Shown piece by piece: positions 52,327-62,201 of a stretch of DNA of 64,000 nt. A program made the translations under genes and the position numbers. The DNA is from an uncultured delta proteobacterium (lineage in GTDB: Bacteria; Myxococcota; Myxococcia; Myxococcales; Anaeromyxobacteraceae), in assembly GCA_963828255.1 (NCBI GenBank), contig CAWHDZ010000003.1, positions 192,001 through 256,000 on the forward strand, given 5' to 3'. The notes beneath the pieces were generated by a model. That model was not told the origin of the DNA. It ran no database searches and saw only the letters and a program-made list of their open reading frames with translations. The first letter of the stretch is position 1. Each line of letters starts with the position of its first letter.

Positions 52327-53250
52327 ATGGGCTACTGGAATCAGCGAACCTTGGCGAAACGCGTGACCTGCTCGGGGGTGGGCCTCCACTCGGGCCGTCC
52401 CGTGACGCTCACGCTTGCGCCCGCCGCTGCCGACAGCGGCATCCGGTTCGTGCGCATGGACCTCGGCGTCGAGATCCCCGCCCGCTCCGAGCACGTCGCC
52501 GACACCACCCTCTCCACCAACCTGGCCGCCGGGAAGGCCCGCATCCACACGGTCGAGCACGTGCTCTCGGCCCTCACCGGCATGGGAATCGACAACTGCC
52601 GCGTCGAGGTGGACGGTCCGGAGATTCCCATCCTCGACGGCTCCTCGGCCCCCTTCGTGGCCCTCATCCGGGAGGGCGGCGTCGCCGAGCAGCCCGCCGG
52701 CAAGCAGTTCATCATCGTGGAGCGGGCCGTCGAGGTCCGCGACGGCGACAAGCTTGCCCGCCTCGAGCCGGCCGACGCGCTCACCATGGAGTTCACCGTC
52801 GATTTCAAGCACCCGCTCGTCACCGACCAGGCCTTCCGCTTCGCCTTCTCCGACCGCAATTACGAGCGGGAGGTGGCGCGCGCCCGCACCTTCTGCTTCC
52901 TGCGCGACATCGAGATGATGAAGAAGGCCGGTCTCGCCAAGGGCGGCAGCCTCGAGAACGCCATCGTGGTGGACGAGTTCTCCATCCTGAATCCGGAGGG
53001 GCTCCGCTTCCCCGACGAGTTCGCCCGCCACAAGGTGCTCGACGCCATCGGCGACCTGTCGCTCTTCGGCCTGCCGGTCATCGGTCACTTCAGCGCCTAC
53101 AAGAGCGGGCACGGGCTGAATCAGGCCCTCGTCGCCAAGGTCCTCGGCGACCCGTCCAGCCACCGGGTGGTCCGGGTCAGCGCGGAGAAGGAACTCGAGC
53201 CGCTGCGGGTCCGGCTGCCGAAGCTCGCCCCCGCGCAGCAGCACGCCTAG
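52327..53250 (+). CDS. lpxC: UDP-3-O-acyl-GlcNAc deacetylase
   Basis: QRTL, GVGLHSG, TVEHVLSA, EIPILDGS, ARARTF, HKVLDAIGDL. Confidence 0.96.
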   Translation: MGYWNQRTLAKRVTCSGVGLHSGRPVTLTLAPAAADSGIRFVRMDLGVEIPARSEHVADTTLSTNLAAGKARIHTVEHVLSALTGMGIDNCRVEVDGPEIPILDGSSAPFVALIREGGVAEQPAGKQFIIVERAVEVRDGDKLARLEPADALTMEFTVDFKHPLVTDQAFRFAFSDRNYEREVARARTFCFLRDIEMMKKAGLAKGGSLENAIVVDEFSILNPEGLRFPDEFARHKVLDAIGDLSLFGLPVIGHFSAYKSGHGLNQALVAKVLGDPSSHRVVRVSAEKELEPLRVRLPKLAPAQQHA

Positions 53251-53307
53251 CGTCACGGGCCAGCGCCGAATCCTGTCGCACCCCGCGCCCTTGCGGTAAA
53301 AGGGGCA

Positions 53308-53937
53308 ATGCGCCGCCTCCTCCACGTGGCCGCCCTCGCGGCCGCGCTCGCCTTCTCCGGCCCCGCCTCCGCCCAGTACACCTTCATGTCGCCCGACAAG
53401 CAGCCGCCTCCGCTGCGGCTCGAGGGCTGGAGCAACGTCCTGCGCGTGAACGTGGGCGCCGGGTTCTACAACTCCGACTGGTACGTCTGCTCCTACGGCT
53501 GGTCCTGCACCACGACCTCCTACTCGAGCTTCATCCCGTTCCTGGTCGGGCCCCAGATCGACATCCACCTCGGGGGCCCGAGCGCGGTCAGCCTGGGGTT
53601 CAACTTCGGATTCGGCACGATCAAGCAGACGTCCTTCGACGGGACGCAGGACGTGGTCCGGGAGTCGAAGATCACCACCTACGAGCCCACGCTCGACTAC
53701 CTGGTCCGGCTGGGGTCCCCCACCGACGAGACGGTGGCCCGCCTGAGGTTCGGGGGCGGGCTGCTCATGGGCCCGGAGGCCAAGTTCGGCTTCCTCGGCC
53801 GCATCGGGCTCGGCGTGGCCTTCTTCGCCGCGAGCCGATTCGGCGTCGGCCTCGACCTGGTGCTCGAGGGCGGTTCGATGAACGGCTACTTCATCGGCGG
53901 GTTGCAGCTGGTGGCTTCGCCGGAATTCCGGTTCTAG
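53308..53937 (+). CDS. Small outer-membrane beta-barrel protein
   Basis: Signal peptide, alternating amphipathic strands, C-terminal Phe. Confidence 0.7.
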   Translation: MRRLLHVAALAAALAFSGPASAQYTFMSPDKQPPPLRLEGWSNVLRVNVGAGFYNSDWYVCSYGWSCTTTSYSSFIPFLVGPQIDIHLGGPSAVSLGFNFGFGTIKQTSFDGTQDVVRESKITTYEPTLDYLVRLGSPTDETVARLRFGGGLLMGPEAKFGFLGRIGLGVAFFAASRFGVGLDLVLEGGSMNGYFIGGLQLVASPEFRF

Positions 53938-53970
53938 CTGGACCCGTCTCTTGCTCCACCCGGAGGACAG

Positions 53971-54330
53971 ATGGATTCTCCTCGGTACACGTTCCGCTCG
54001 CCGGCGCAGTTCATCGTCGGTGCGTTCGCCCTGCTCACGCTGGCAGGCGCCGGAGTCGCGGAAGAGAAGACCCCGATCGTCGTCGTCGAGGCGAAGCCGC
54101 CGGGCGTTTGCAAGAACCTGGGCAAGGTGACGGGGACCAGCCAGGGCATTCCGGTGAACGAGAGCCGGGCCGAGAAGGATGCCCTGGATCAGGCCAGGGA
54201 TCTGGGAGCGACCCACTTCTGGTTCAAGTCGGAATACTCGGGACAGAGGGGTTCCACGGGGTGGGTCTACTATGGCGTCGCCTATCGCTGTCAGGCCGCC
54301 CCGCCCGCATCGCCCGGACCCGCGAGATAG
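53971..54330 (+). CDS. DUF4156-like exported protein
   Basis: CKNLGKV..ARDLGATH..GVAYRC; GGAGG RBS. Confidence 0.6.
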   Translation: MDSPRYTFRSPAQFIVGAFALLTLAGAGVAEEKTPIVVVEAKPPGVCKNLGKVTGTSQGIPVNESRAEKDALDQARDLGATHFWFKSEYSGQRGSTGWVYYGVAYRCQAAPPASPGPAR

Positions 54331-54356
54331 GGACACTCCGCGGTCCCGAAGCCTGA

Positions 54357-55628
54357 TCACCAGCTCCCGAACCGCCTGCGCGCCTCGGCCGCGAGCCCGT
54401 CCCGGTGTCGCGGGTCGGCCACGGCGATGAGGGCCTCGGCCCGCTGGCGCAGGTTCTTGCCGAACAGGTCGGCGATGCCGTGCTCGGTGACCACGAAGTG
54501 CACGTGTGCACGCGTGGTGACGACGCCGGCGCCCGGCTTGAGCTGGGCCACGATGCGCGACACGCCCCCGGAGGTGGCCGACGGGAGCGCGATGATGGGC
54601 TTGCCGCCGTCGGAGAGCGCCGCGGCGCGGATGAAGTCCATCTGCCCGCCCACGCCCGAGTAGAGCCGCTCGCCGATGGAGTCGGCGCAGACCTGGCCGG
54701 TGATGTCCACCTCGAGGGCGCTGTTGATGGCGGTGACGCGGGGGTTGCGCCGGATGACCTCGGGGTCGTTCACGTAGGCGATGTCGAGCATCTGGACGAG
54801 CGGGTTGTCGTCCATGAAGTCGTAGAGCCGGCGTGTGCCCAGCGCGAAACCGGCCACGATCTTGCCCGGGTGCACGCGCTTCATCTCGCCGGTGACGATG
54901 CCCCGCTCGACGAGGTCCACGATGCCGTCGGAGAGCATCTCGGTGTGGATGCCCAGCCGGTGGTGGCCGCCCAGGGCCGCGAGCGTCGCGTCGGGGATGG
55001 TGCCGATGCCGAGCTGCAGCGTGGCGCCGTCCTCGACCAGCTCCGCGACGTGGTTGCCCACGGCGCGGTCCACGTCGTTGATCGCCGGGTAGTGAACCTC
55101 GGGGATGGGGTCGTCCCCCTCGACGCCGTACTCGATGTCGTCCACGTGGATGAGCCCGTCGCCGTGGGAGCGGGGCATGTGGGCGTTGACCTGCGCGATC
55201 ACGGTGCGCGCGGTCTGGACCGCCGCGCGGGTGGCGTCCACCGAGACGCCCAGCGAGCAGAAGCCGTGCCGGTCCGGGGGCGAGACCTGGACGAGCGCCA
55301 CGTCGAGGGGGAGGAGCCCCGAGCGGAAGAGCTTGGGGACCTCGGACAGGAAGACCGGCAGGTAGTCGGCGCGCCCCTCCTGGACGGCGTCGCGGAGGTT
55401 CGGGCCCACGAAGACCGAGTTCACCCGGAAGCTCCGGGAGACCGCCGGTGCGGCGTACGGGGCCTCGCCCTCCGTGTGGAGCTGGACGATCTCCACGACC
55501 CGCAGGTCGCCGGCGCGCGCCGTCATCGCCTCGATGAGCCGGCGGGGGGCCGCGGCGACGCTGTGGATGAACACCCGGTTGCCGGACTGGATGACGGAGA
55601 CGGCCTCGGCGGCCGAAACGATGCGCAA
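54357..55628 (-). CDS. Acetyl-CoA hydrolase/CoA-transferase (4-hydroxybutyrate CoA-transferase-like)
   Basis: LQLGIG, IHTEM, SGVGGQMDF, VVTEHG; GGAGG RBS, TTG start. Confidence 0.92.
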   Translation of the reverse strand: MRIVSAAEAVSVIQSGNRVFIHSVAAAPRRLIEAMTARAGDLRVVEIVQLHTEGEAPYAAPAVSRSFRVNSVFVGPNLRDAVQEGRADYLPVFLSEVPKLFRSGLLPLDVALVQVSPPDRHGFCSLGVSVDATRAAVQTARTVIAQVNAHMPRSHGDGLIHVDDIEYGVEGDDPIPEVHYPAINDVDRAVGNHVAELVEDGATLQLGIGTIPDATLAALGGHHRLGIHTEMLSDGIVDLVERGIVTGEMKRVHPGKIVAGFALGTRRLYDFMDDNPLVQMLDIAYVNDPEVIRRNPRVTAINSALEVDITGQVCADSIGERLYSGVGGQMDFIRAAALSDGGKPIIALPSATSGGVSRIVAQLKPGAGVVTTRAHVHFVVTEHGIADLFGKNLRQRAEALIAVADPRHRDGLAAEARRRFGSW

Positions 55629-55679
55629 AATGGGTACCCTCCTGGGTGCGGACGATACCAGAGCGTTCGCCGGGCCGGG

Positions 55680-55696
55680 TGCGACAAAATGTGCCC
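55680..55696. promoter_or_regulatory. Candidate RegA/PrrA box
   Basis: TGCGAC-AAAAT-GTGCCC; one perfect GTCGC half-site with N5 AT-rich spacer, directly upstream of regB. Confidence 0.4.
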
Positions 55697-55735
55697 TATC
55701 TCGACGACGAGCCCCTCTGTCAAGATGACCGGTCC

Positions 55736-57024
55736 GTGACGCCCCGCCCCCCCGCGCTCGCCGCAGAACCCGGCCGCATCAAGCTGGAATGGCTCGTCAA
55801 GCTCCACTGGATCGCCATCCTCGGCGAGTCCACCGCCATCGTCGGCGTCCAGGCGGCGGGGCTCATGGAGCTCCCACTGGCGCCGCTGGCCGCGCTGGTG
55901 GGCTTCGCCATCGCGGTCAACGTCGCCCTCCAGAGCTGGCTGCGCCGCGACCCGGTGGTCTCCGACGGCTTCCTGGCCGGGGTGATGCTCCTCGACACCG
56001 CCGTCCTCACCGGCCTGCTCCACCTCTCGGGCGGCCACTTCAACCCCTTCTCCACCCTCTACATCGTCAACGTGGCGCTGGCGGCGGTGCTGCTCCCCCC
56101 GCGATGGTCCTGGACGCAGGCCGCCTTCAGCGTCCTCGCCATGGGTGCGCTCTTCCCCCTGCAGCAGTGGGCCCCCTTCGGCGTGCAGGAGCACGAGGCC
56201 ATGATGGCCGTGCACCTCTATGGGATGCTCGTGGCGGTGGCCGTCGCAGCCTTCGTGATCGTGCTCATCGTGCAGCGGGTGACCCGCGCGCTGGCGGGGC
56301 GGGACGAGGAGCTGGCCCGGGAGCGGCGCCTGGCCGAGCAGCACGCCAAGCTGGCCTCCCTCGTGACCCTGGCCGCCGGAGCCGCCCACGAGCTGGCGAC
56401 CCCTCTCGGGGCCATCGCCATCGCCTCCAAGGAGCTCGACCGCGAGCTCTCCCGGGAAGGGGCCGGGCAGGGAGCGCTCGACGACCTCAGGCTCATTCGC
56501 ACCCAGGTGGACCGCTGCAAGGGCATCCTCCAGCAGATGTCGGTCCGCGCGGGCGAGAACGCCGGCGAGCCCATCGTCGAGTTCTCGGTGGATCGCTGGG
56601 TGAAGGGATCGCTCGACGGCCTGCCCGGGGGGAGCGGGTCCGCTCCGACATCGCTTGCGGCGAGGTGCGGGTCCGCGGGCCGGTCCAGGGGATGGAGCGC
56701 GCGCTCAGGGTCCTCCTCGTGAACGCCCTCCAGGCCACCGATGGGGAGGTCTGGCTCCGTGCCCTCTGTGCCGAGCGGGCCATCGTGGTGGAGGTCCAGG
56801 ATCGGGGCGCCGGCATCTCCCCGGAGGTGCTGGCGCGCATCGGGGAGCCCTTCTTCACCACCAAGGACCCGGGCCAGGGCAGCGGCCTCGGGGTCTACAT
56901 CGCGCGCACGCTGGCCGAGCAGCTGGGCGGCGCGCTCGAGGTCGTTTCGAAGCCGGGTCAGGGCACCACGGCGCGGATCACGATTCCAGGCACCCCCGGG
57001 GTGCGCGAGGAGGCGCGAGGATGA
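55736..57024 (+). CDS. regB: RegB/PrrB/ActS redox sensor kinase; apparent frameshift at G-run 56627-56632
   Basis: GGHFNPF quinone motif, AAHELATPL H-box, DRC redox Cys; second frame N-box, DRGAG, FFTTK, GSGLG. Confidence 0.88.
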
Positions 57025-57572
57025 GCCAGGACGCGGGCAGGGAAGGGGCGCTGACGCTGCTCCTCGTGGACGACGACGAGGTGCTGCGGGAGCGGCTCGG
57101 GAAGGCGCTGCGGGAGCGGGGCTTCGAGGTGACCACCGCCGAGAGCGGGGAGGCGGCCATCGCGGTCGCCCGCCGGGATGCGCCCGAGTTCGCGGTGGTG
57201 GACCTGCGCATGCCCGGGGCCTCGGGCATCGAGGTGCTCGACGCGCTGCGCGCCATCGACCCGGCCACCCGGGTCCTCATGCTCACCGGGTACGGGTCCA
57301 TCGCCACCGCGGTCGAGGCCACCCGGCGGGGGGCCGTCGGCTACCTCTCCAAGCCCGCCGACGCCGACGAGGTGGTTGCGGCCCTGACCGGCCAGGCCAT
57401 CGGGGAGGCGAAGGTGGACATCGACACGCCGTCCCTGGCGCGCACCGAGTGGGAGCACATCCAGCGCGTGCTCACCGACTGCGCCGGCAACGTCTCCGAG
57501 TCGGCGCGCCGGCTGGGAATCCACCGGCGCTCCCTGCAGAGGAAGCTCCAGAAGTACCCTCCGCCGCGGTAG
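57021..57572 (+). CDS. regA: RegA/PrrA/ActR response regulator
   Basis: LTGYGSIATAV, EWEHIQRVL..NVSESARRLGIHRRSLQRKL; ATGA overlap with regB. Confidence 0.93.
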   Translation: MSQDAGREGALTLLLVDDDEVLRERLGKALRERGFEVTTAESGEAAIAVARRDAPEFAVVDLRMPGASGIEVLDALRAIDPATRVLMLTGYGSIATAVEATRRGAVGYLSKPADADEVVAALTGQAIGEAKVDIDTPSLARTEWEHIQRVLTDCAGNVSESARRLGIHRRSLQRKLQKYPPPR

Positions 57573-57618
57573 CGCCCCGGCACGTGCAACGGCGCGCCCG
57601 GCGTGCTACCGATCGTGG

Positions 57619-58047
57619 ATGCCCCGACCGACCGTGCTGGCAGCCCTCGTCGCCTTCGCCACGTGCGCCGCATGCGGTGCGCCGGGACGCGCCGCACGGA
57701 TCGGGACCCGCGCGGACGGCGGGTCGATCATGCTCTCGGCCAACAACGACAAGGCCTGGGAGAGCGCCAAGGAGCTCATGAGCAGCCACTGCGACGGGAA
57801 GTACCGCATCCTGGCGCAGGTCCAGGAGGGCGCCGCCGGCCGGGGCGGGCCTCCGCCTCCCACCCCCGGGGCCATGGCCGACCCGGTGGGGCAAGCCGGT
57901 GCGCCGTACGGCATCCGTGTTGACTACGAGTGCACAGGCGGGTCGGGCCCGCTGCAGTTGCCGTCCAGCCCGGAGCCCGAGAAGGCCTCCCCGCCGCCGC
58001 CCTCGCAGATCCCGCAGACCCAGACCCCCGCGAAGGCGCCGAAGTAG
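57619..58047 (+). CDS. Hypothetical lipoprotein
   Basis: CAA-C lipobox-like sequence, MSSHC..YEC, Pro-rich tail. Confidence 0.65.
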   Translation: MPRPTVLAALVAFATCAACGAPGRAARIGTRADGGSIMLSANNDKAWESAKELMSSHCDGKYRILAQVQEGAAGRGGPPPPTPGAMADPVGQAGAPYGIRVDYECTGGSGPLQLPSSPEPEKASPPPPSQIPQTQTPAKAPK

Positions 58048-58065
58048 CGGCCGTCCGGGGCCGCG

Positions 58066-58695
58066 CTACGACGCGAGGGACCGGATCGCCTCCAGCGACT
58101 CCTCGAACACACCGTCCTCCGAGCCGGCGGCGACGATCCTGGCCCGGCCGGGCGGCAACCGGTGAAGCTCCTGCAGGTAGAGCTCCCGCTGCCGCTCCAG
58201 CGTTCCCGGCGGGAAGAACTCGGAGAGCCGGTGGCCCAGCTGCTTCGCAGCCAGCTCGGGGCGCACGTCCACGAAGATGGTCAGGTCGGGGACCACCTCG
58301 CGCCCGAAGGGCAGGCCGCGCGCGCGCCGCTCCAGGACGCCCAGCTCCTCGCCGTCCCAGTCGTGCCCGAGCAGCCGGGCGTGGACCGCCGAGGCCAGGG
58401 TGAAGTTCTTGCAGAGGACGATCTTTCCGCTCGAAAGCTCCTCCCGGACCACGGAGGCTACCCGTGCCCGCGACGCCAGCTCGAAGAAGAAGTCGGCCTC
58501 GAAGACCCCGTAGCGCCAGCTGGTGTCGAGTTCCTGGGCGCCCATGATGCGGGCCCGGCCCGTGTCCGGGCTGTCGATCTCGTAGACCCCGGCACCCTTG
58601 CCCACGAGCGTCTCCCGGAGCCGGTTGACCACCTCGACGACGAGCATTCCGGACCCGTAGATCCCCTCGAACACCACCAGCTTTCCGGTTCCCAT
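58066..58695 (-). CDS. Thymidylate-kinase-fold protein with degenerate active site
   Basis: GKLVVFEGIYGSGM, ELASRA, IVLCKNF, PDLTIFVDV. Confidence 0.75.
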   Translation of the reverse strand: MGTGKLVVFEGIYGSGMLVVEVVNRLRETLVGKGAGVYEIDSPDTGRARIMGAQELDTSWRYGVFEADFFFELASRARVASVVREELSSGKIVLCKNFTLASAVHARLLGHDWDGEELGVLERRARGLPFGREVVPDLTIFVDVRPELAAKQLGHRLSEFFPPGTLERQRELYLQELHRLPPGRARIVAAGSEDGVFEESLEAIRSLAS

Positions 58696-58765
58696 GTGGC
58701 ACCCCCGTTTCACCAGGCAGGATACCCCCGGGGCGGTGGGCGGTCAGTGGCCCTGCTGGGGTGGA

Positions 58766-59548
58766 TCACTCCACGTCGTGCACGTGGAAGTGGGCGTGGT
58801 CCGTTCCCCCGTGGGTGTGGCGGTGCCGGTGGGCGAGGCCGCTCTGGACGAGCAGCAAGGGGTTGCGCAGCAGCGCGGCGGTGGGGCCGTCGAAGAGCAG
58901 GCCGGGCCGGTCGGTGGCGAGCAGGAGCGCGCGGCTTCCCAGCTCCTCGGCCACCGAGAGGTTGTGGGTGGCGGCGACCACCGTCAGGTCCGCGCGGCCG
59001 GCCAGGAGATCCACGAGCCGCCCGGCCCAGGCCGGGTCGAGGTTGGCGGTGGCCTCGTCGAGGAGGAGGACGCGCGGGTCGCAGGCCAGCAGGGCGGCCA
59101 GGGCCACCCGCTTCTTCTCGCCCCCGGAGAGCTCGAAGGGCGGACGCGGGAGGAGCGCGGTGACGTCCAGGAGGTCGGCCTGCCGGGCCACCCGCCCGTC
59201 CACGTCGTCGAGCCCGAGCTGGCGCGGGCCGAAGGCGATCTCGTCGGCCACCGTGGGGTTGAAGAGCATGGCGTCCACGTTCTGGAAGAGGAACCCCACC
59301 TCGCCGCGGAACCGGCGCCGGAAGGCCGGGTCGCCGAGCGCGCGGCCGTCGAGGAGCGCGCCGCCGTAGCGGACCTCCCCGCCGGTGGCGAAGGCCAGGC
59401 CGTCGAGGAGCCGGAGCAGCGTGGACTTCCCGCAGCCGTTCACTCCAAGTACGACGACGCGCTCCCCCCCGGCCACCGAGAAGGAGAGGTCGCGGAGCAC
59501 CGGGCGTCCCTCCACCGAGAGCGAGGCCGCGCGCAGATCGAAGATCAC
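58766..59548 (-). CDS. ECF ATPase (NikO/CbiO) with His-rich tail
   Basis: GVNGCGKST, LSGGEKKR, LLLDE; C-terminus HRHRHTHGGTDHAHFHVHDVE. Confidence 0.92.
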   Translation of the reverse strand: MIFDLRAASLSVEGRPVLRDLSFSVAGGERVVVLGVNGCGKSTLLRLLDGLAFATGGEVRYGGALLDGRALGDPAFRRRFRGEVGFLFQNVDAMLFNPTVADEIAFGPRQLGLDDVDGRVARQADLLDVTALLPRPPFELSGGEKKRVALAALLACDPRVLLLDEATANLDPAWAGRLVDLLAGRADLTVVAATHNLSVAEELGSRALLLATDRPGLLFDGPTAALLRNPLLLVQSGLAHRHRHTHGGTDHAHFHVHDVE

Positions 59549-60108
59549 CCGAACCCCCGGGAGCGCATGGCGTCGCCCACGTCGCGGGCGTTCCTGGCGG
59601 AGAGGGTGAGGAGCGCGGCGGTGATGGCGCCCGAGCTGGCCACCACGTCGCGGGTGCGCGGCCGCCGCGGCAGCCGGCTGCGCAGCCCCAGCGCCGACTC
59701 GGTGGCCAGGAGCCGCAGGGCGTGGATCTGGGCCAGGCTGAGGACCAGGAGCCGGGACAGGGTGGGGAAGGGTGCCGCCGCGCGGAGCAGGTCCACCCGG
59801 CGCAGGACCGAGAAGGTCACGAAGGCGATGAGCACCGCGCGCAGGAGGAGCGCCGCGAAGGGCGCGGCTGGCGGCGCGTCGCCCCGCAGGGCGAGCCAGC
59901 ACCACGACGCGGCCGACAGGCCGAGCGCGAAGGGCGCCACGCCGACGAGGACCCGCCGCGCCTCCCGGAGCGCCCCGCGCCGGAAGAGGAGGAGCGCCGC
60001 CGCCGTGGAGGCGGAGAGCACGCGCAGGTCGGAGACCGCCGAGAGGGCGAAGATCGAGACCGCCCAGGCGAGGAGGACGGCATGGCTGCGGCGGGGCTCA
60101 GCCAGCAC
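59545..60108 (-). CDS. ECF T component (NikQ/CbiQ)
   Basis: TMs plus LRSR and AMRSRGF motifs. Confidence 0.85.
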   Translation of the reverse strand: MLAEPRRSHAVLLAWAVSIFALSAVSDLRVLSASTAAALLLFRRGALREARRVLVGVAPFALGLSAASWCWLALRGDAPPAAPFAALLLRAVLIAFVTFSVLRRVDLLRAAAPFPTLSRLLVLSLAQIHALRLLATESALGLRSRLPRRPRTRDVVASSGAITAALLTLSARNARDVGDAMRSRGFG

Positions 60109-60730
60109 GGAGGAGCCTCGCCCTGCGCAGCAAGGCCACGGTCGCCAGCGTGTAGAGCCCCTCGACCACTCCCAGGACGGTGAGGCTCGGCGCCATCATG
60201 GCCACGGCCGACACCTCGAACGGCACCGGCATGTAGGCCGGGTCGAGCCGGTGCTGGAGACCGAGCACCAGCGCCACGGCCAGCGTGGCGACCTGAACGC
60301 CGACGTAGGCGCCCACGAAGGCGGCGCCGGTGCCGGAGATCCCGCGCAGCGCCCGGTAGCAGAGCCAGGCCGCTCCCGGGCCGAGGAGCCCCATGGCCAG
60401 CGCGTTCACCCCGAGCACGGTGAAGCCACCCGCGCCGAAGAAGAGCGCCTGGAGGAGCAGCACCAGCGACTCGCAGACGAAGGCAACGCCGGGGTTGTAC
60501 AGGATCGCCAGGATGGCCACGCCGGTGAGGTGCGCCGAGGTCCCTCCGGGAACCGGGATCATGAGCCCCTGCACCACGAAGGCGAGGGCGGTCAGGGAGC
60601 CGACCACCGGGAGGGTCTCGGTGGCCGAGGTCCCGAAGTTCCTCCGGACCGACCAGTACCAGAGCGGCGCGGCCGCGCCCCAGGCCGGGATGGTGACGAC
60701 GGGGGAGAGGAAGCCGTCCGGGACGTGCAT
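60098..60730 (-). CDS. ECF S component (NikM/CbiM)
   Basis: MHVPDGFLS, GGTSAH, LQALFFGAGG..GVN. Confidence 0.93.
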   Translation of the reverse strand: MHVPDGFLSPVVTIPAWGAAAPLWYWSVRRNFGTSATETLPVVGSLTALAFVVQGLMIPVPGGTSAHLTGVAILAILYNPGVAFVCESLVLLLQALFFGAGGFTVLGVNALAMGLLGPGAAWLCYRALRGISGTGAAFVGAYVGVQVATLAVALVLGLQHRLDPAYMPVPFEVSAVAMMAPSLTVLGVVEGLYTLATVALLRRARLLRAG

Positions 60731-60732
60731 GG

Positions 60733-61746
60733 CTAGAGCGGCAGGACGTACGAGAGGGTGAGGGCGACGCGGACCCACTCGAGCCCCTCGGAGCCCTGCT
60801 GATCGGCCCCCTCGTTGAGCCAGCGCAGGACCGAGGTCCGCGCGGCGAGCGCGGCGGAGAAGCGCCCCAGGTAGGCACGCGCCCCGAGGCCGGCGTAGAG
60901 GATCGTCCCCCCCGAGGCCAGCAGCGGCTCCATCGCGCCCTGCGCGTTCGACTCCTGGTCGCGCTGCAGGTCGAGAAGGTTCAGCTCCCCGGCCAGGTCG
61001 AGGCGGAAGCCGGGCGAGGCGATGGCGCGCCAGGCCAGCGCGGTGTTGACCCGCGACTCGGCCCCGAACTGGTAGCGCATGAAGGGGTAGGTGTGGGGAA
61101 AGAAGAGCTGGTAGCTCGCGTCGGCCAGCCAGGTGAAGTCGGCGGACAGCTGCTTGGCGGCGGCGAGGCCAATCTGGAAGCTCGGCGAGCCGAAGCCGGT
61201 CTGCATGTCGGGCGCGTACCACGCGAGCGCGTCGGTCGCCGAGACGGTCGGGCCCATGGGCACGGTCGCGAAGGCGAAGACCGAGAAGTGCCAGTCGATG
61301 AGCTCGTCGAGGCTCTCCTTCTTCGGGACGAGCCGGAACCCGTCGTCGTACTTGAAGGCGAACTGGACGAAGAGGCCGGGATCGCCGAAGCCCACGTTCG
61401 TTCCCACTCCGTCCTGCGACTTCACGTTGTAGGGGAGGAAGAGGTAGGCGGAGAGCCAGGGGGTGACGCCGTAGCCCGCCACCAGCGTGCCGAAGAGCGA
61501 GTAGACCTTGTTCTCCGGCTGGGCGAAGTCGTACTGCCGGTACGGGACGTACTCCGACTTCACCATGAGGAGGAGGGAGCCCGGCGGCAGCGGGATGGGC
61601 GAGGTGGTCTCGATGGCCGCGCCCGGTCCCTCCGGCCCGGCCATGCCGACGCCGGCGCTGCCGTGGTGGGCCATGGCGGGGAGGGGGGCGAGCAGGGAGG
61701 CGGAGATCGCCGCCAGGATCACCGGCGATGCGATGCGGATCGTCAC
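60733..61746 (-). CDS. Outer-membrane beta-barrel ('transporter', MetA-pathway-like) with N-terminal HH
   Basis: Signal ending AMA then HHGSAG; GFGDP motif; alternating strands. Confidence 0.7.
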   Translation of the reverse strand: MTIRIASPVILAAISASLLAPLPAMAHHGSAGVGMAGPEGPGAAIETTSPIPLPPGSLLLMVKSEYVPYRQYDFAQPENKVYSLFGTLVAGYGVTPWLSAYLFLPYNVKSQDGVGTNVGFGDPGLFVQFAFKYDDGFRLVPKKESLDELIDWHFSVFAFATVPMGPTVSATDALAWYAPDMQTGFGSPSFQIGLAAAKQLSADFTWLADASYQLFFPHTYPFMRYQFGAESRVNTALAWRAIASPGFRLDLAGELNLLDLQRDQESNAQGAMEPLLASGGTILYAGLGARAYLGRFSAALAARTSVLRWLNEGADQQGSEGLEWVRVALTLSYVLPL

Positions 61747-62201
61747 CGGTTCTTCCTCCGTCCACGCAGGTAGAGGAATCCGAAGATGGCGGCGATGAGG
61801 GCGACCCCGGCCACCGGCCGGAGCGCGGAGCTCAGCGTCGAGGCGTCCCGACCCGCCTTGCCCCTGGGGGCAGCCGCCGGGTCGGCCGCAGGCCCCACGT
61901 CCACGCGGGTGTCGAGCCCGTGCCCGGTCGCGTCCACGATCCGGACGCGCCAGCTACCAGGAACGTCGGGCACGAAGGCCAGCCAGCCGTTCCGGTCGGT
62001 CCGCCCCTTCCAGTAGGGGATCTTCTCGTCGGCCGGGGAGAAGACCTCGGCCTGCACGTAGGCCAGGCTCTCGCCGCCGGGGAACCAGGCGCGCACCGCG
62101 ACCCCCCGGCCGCGCTGCACCTCGTGCAGGACCTCGTGGGCGCGTGCCGGGCCCGCGGCGGCCACCAGGGCGAGGACGACCAGTGCCTGGCCCGACCTCA
62201 C
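61743..62201 (-). CDS. NikL/CbiL-like accessory protein
   Basis: Signal ARA then HEVLH; GRTDRNG, ATGHG; C-terminal TM anchor. Confidence 0.75.
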   Translation of the reverse strand: MRSGQALVVLALVAAAGPARAHEVLHEVQRGRGVAVRAWFPGGESLAYVQAEVFSPADEKIPYWKGRTDRNGWLAFVPDVPGSWRVRIVDATGHGLDTRVDVGPAADPAAAPRGKAGRDASTLSSALRPVAGVALIAAIFGFLYLRGRRKNR

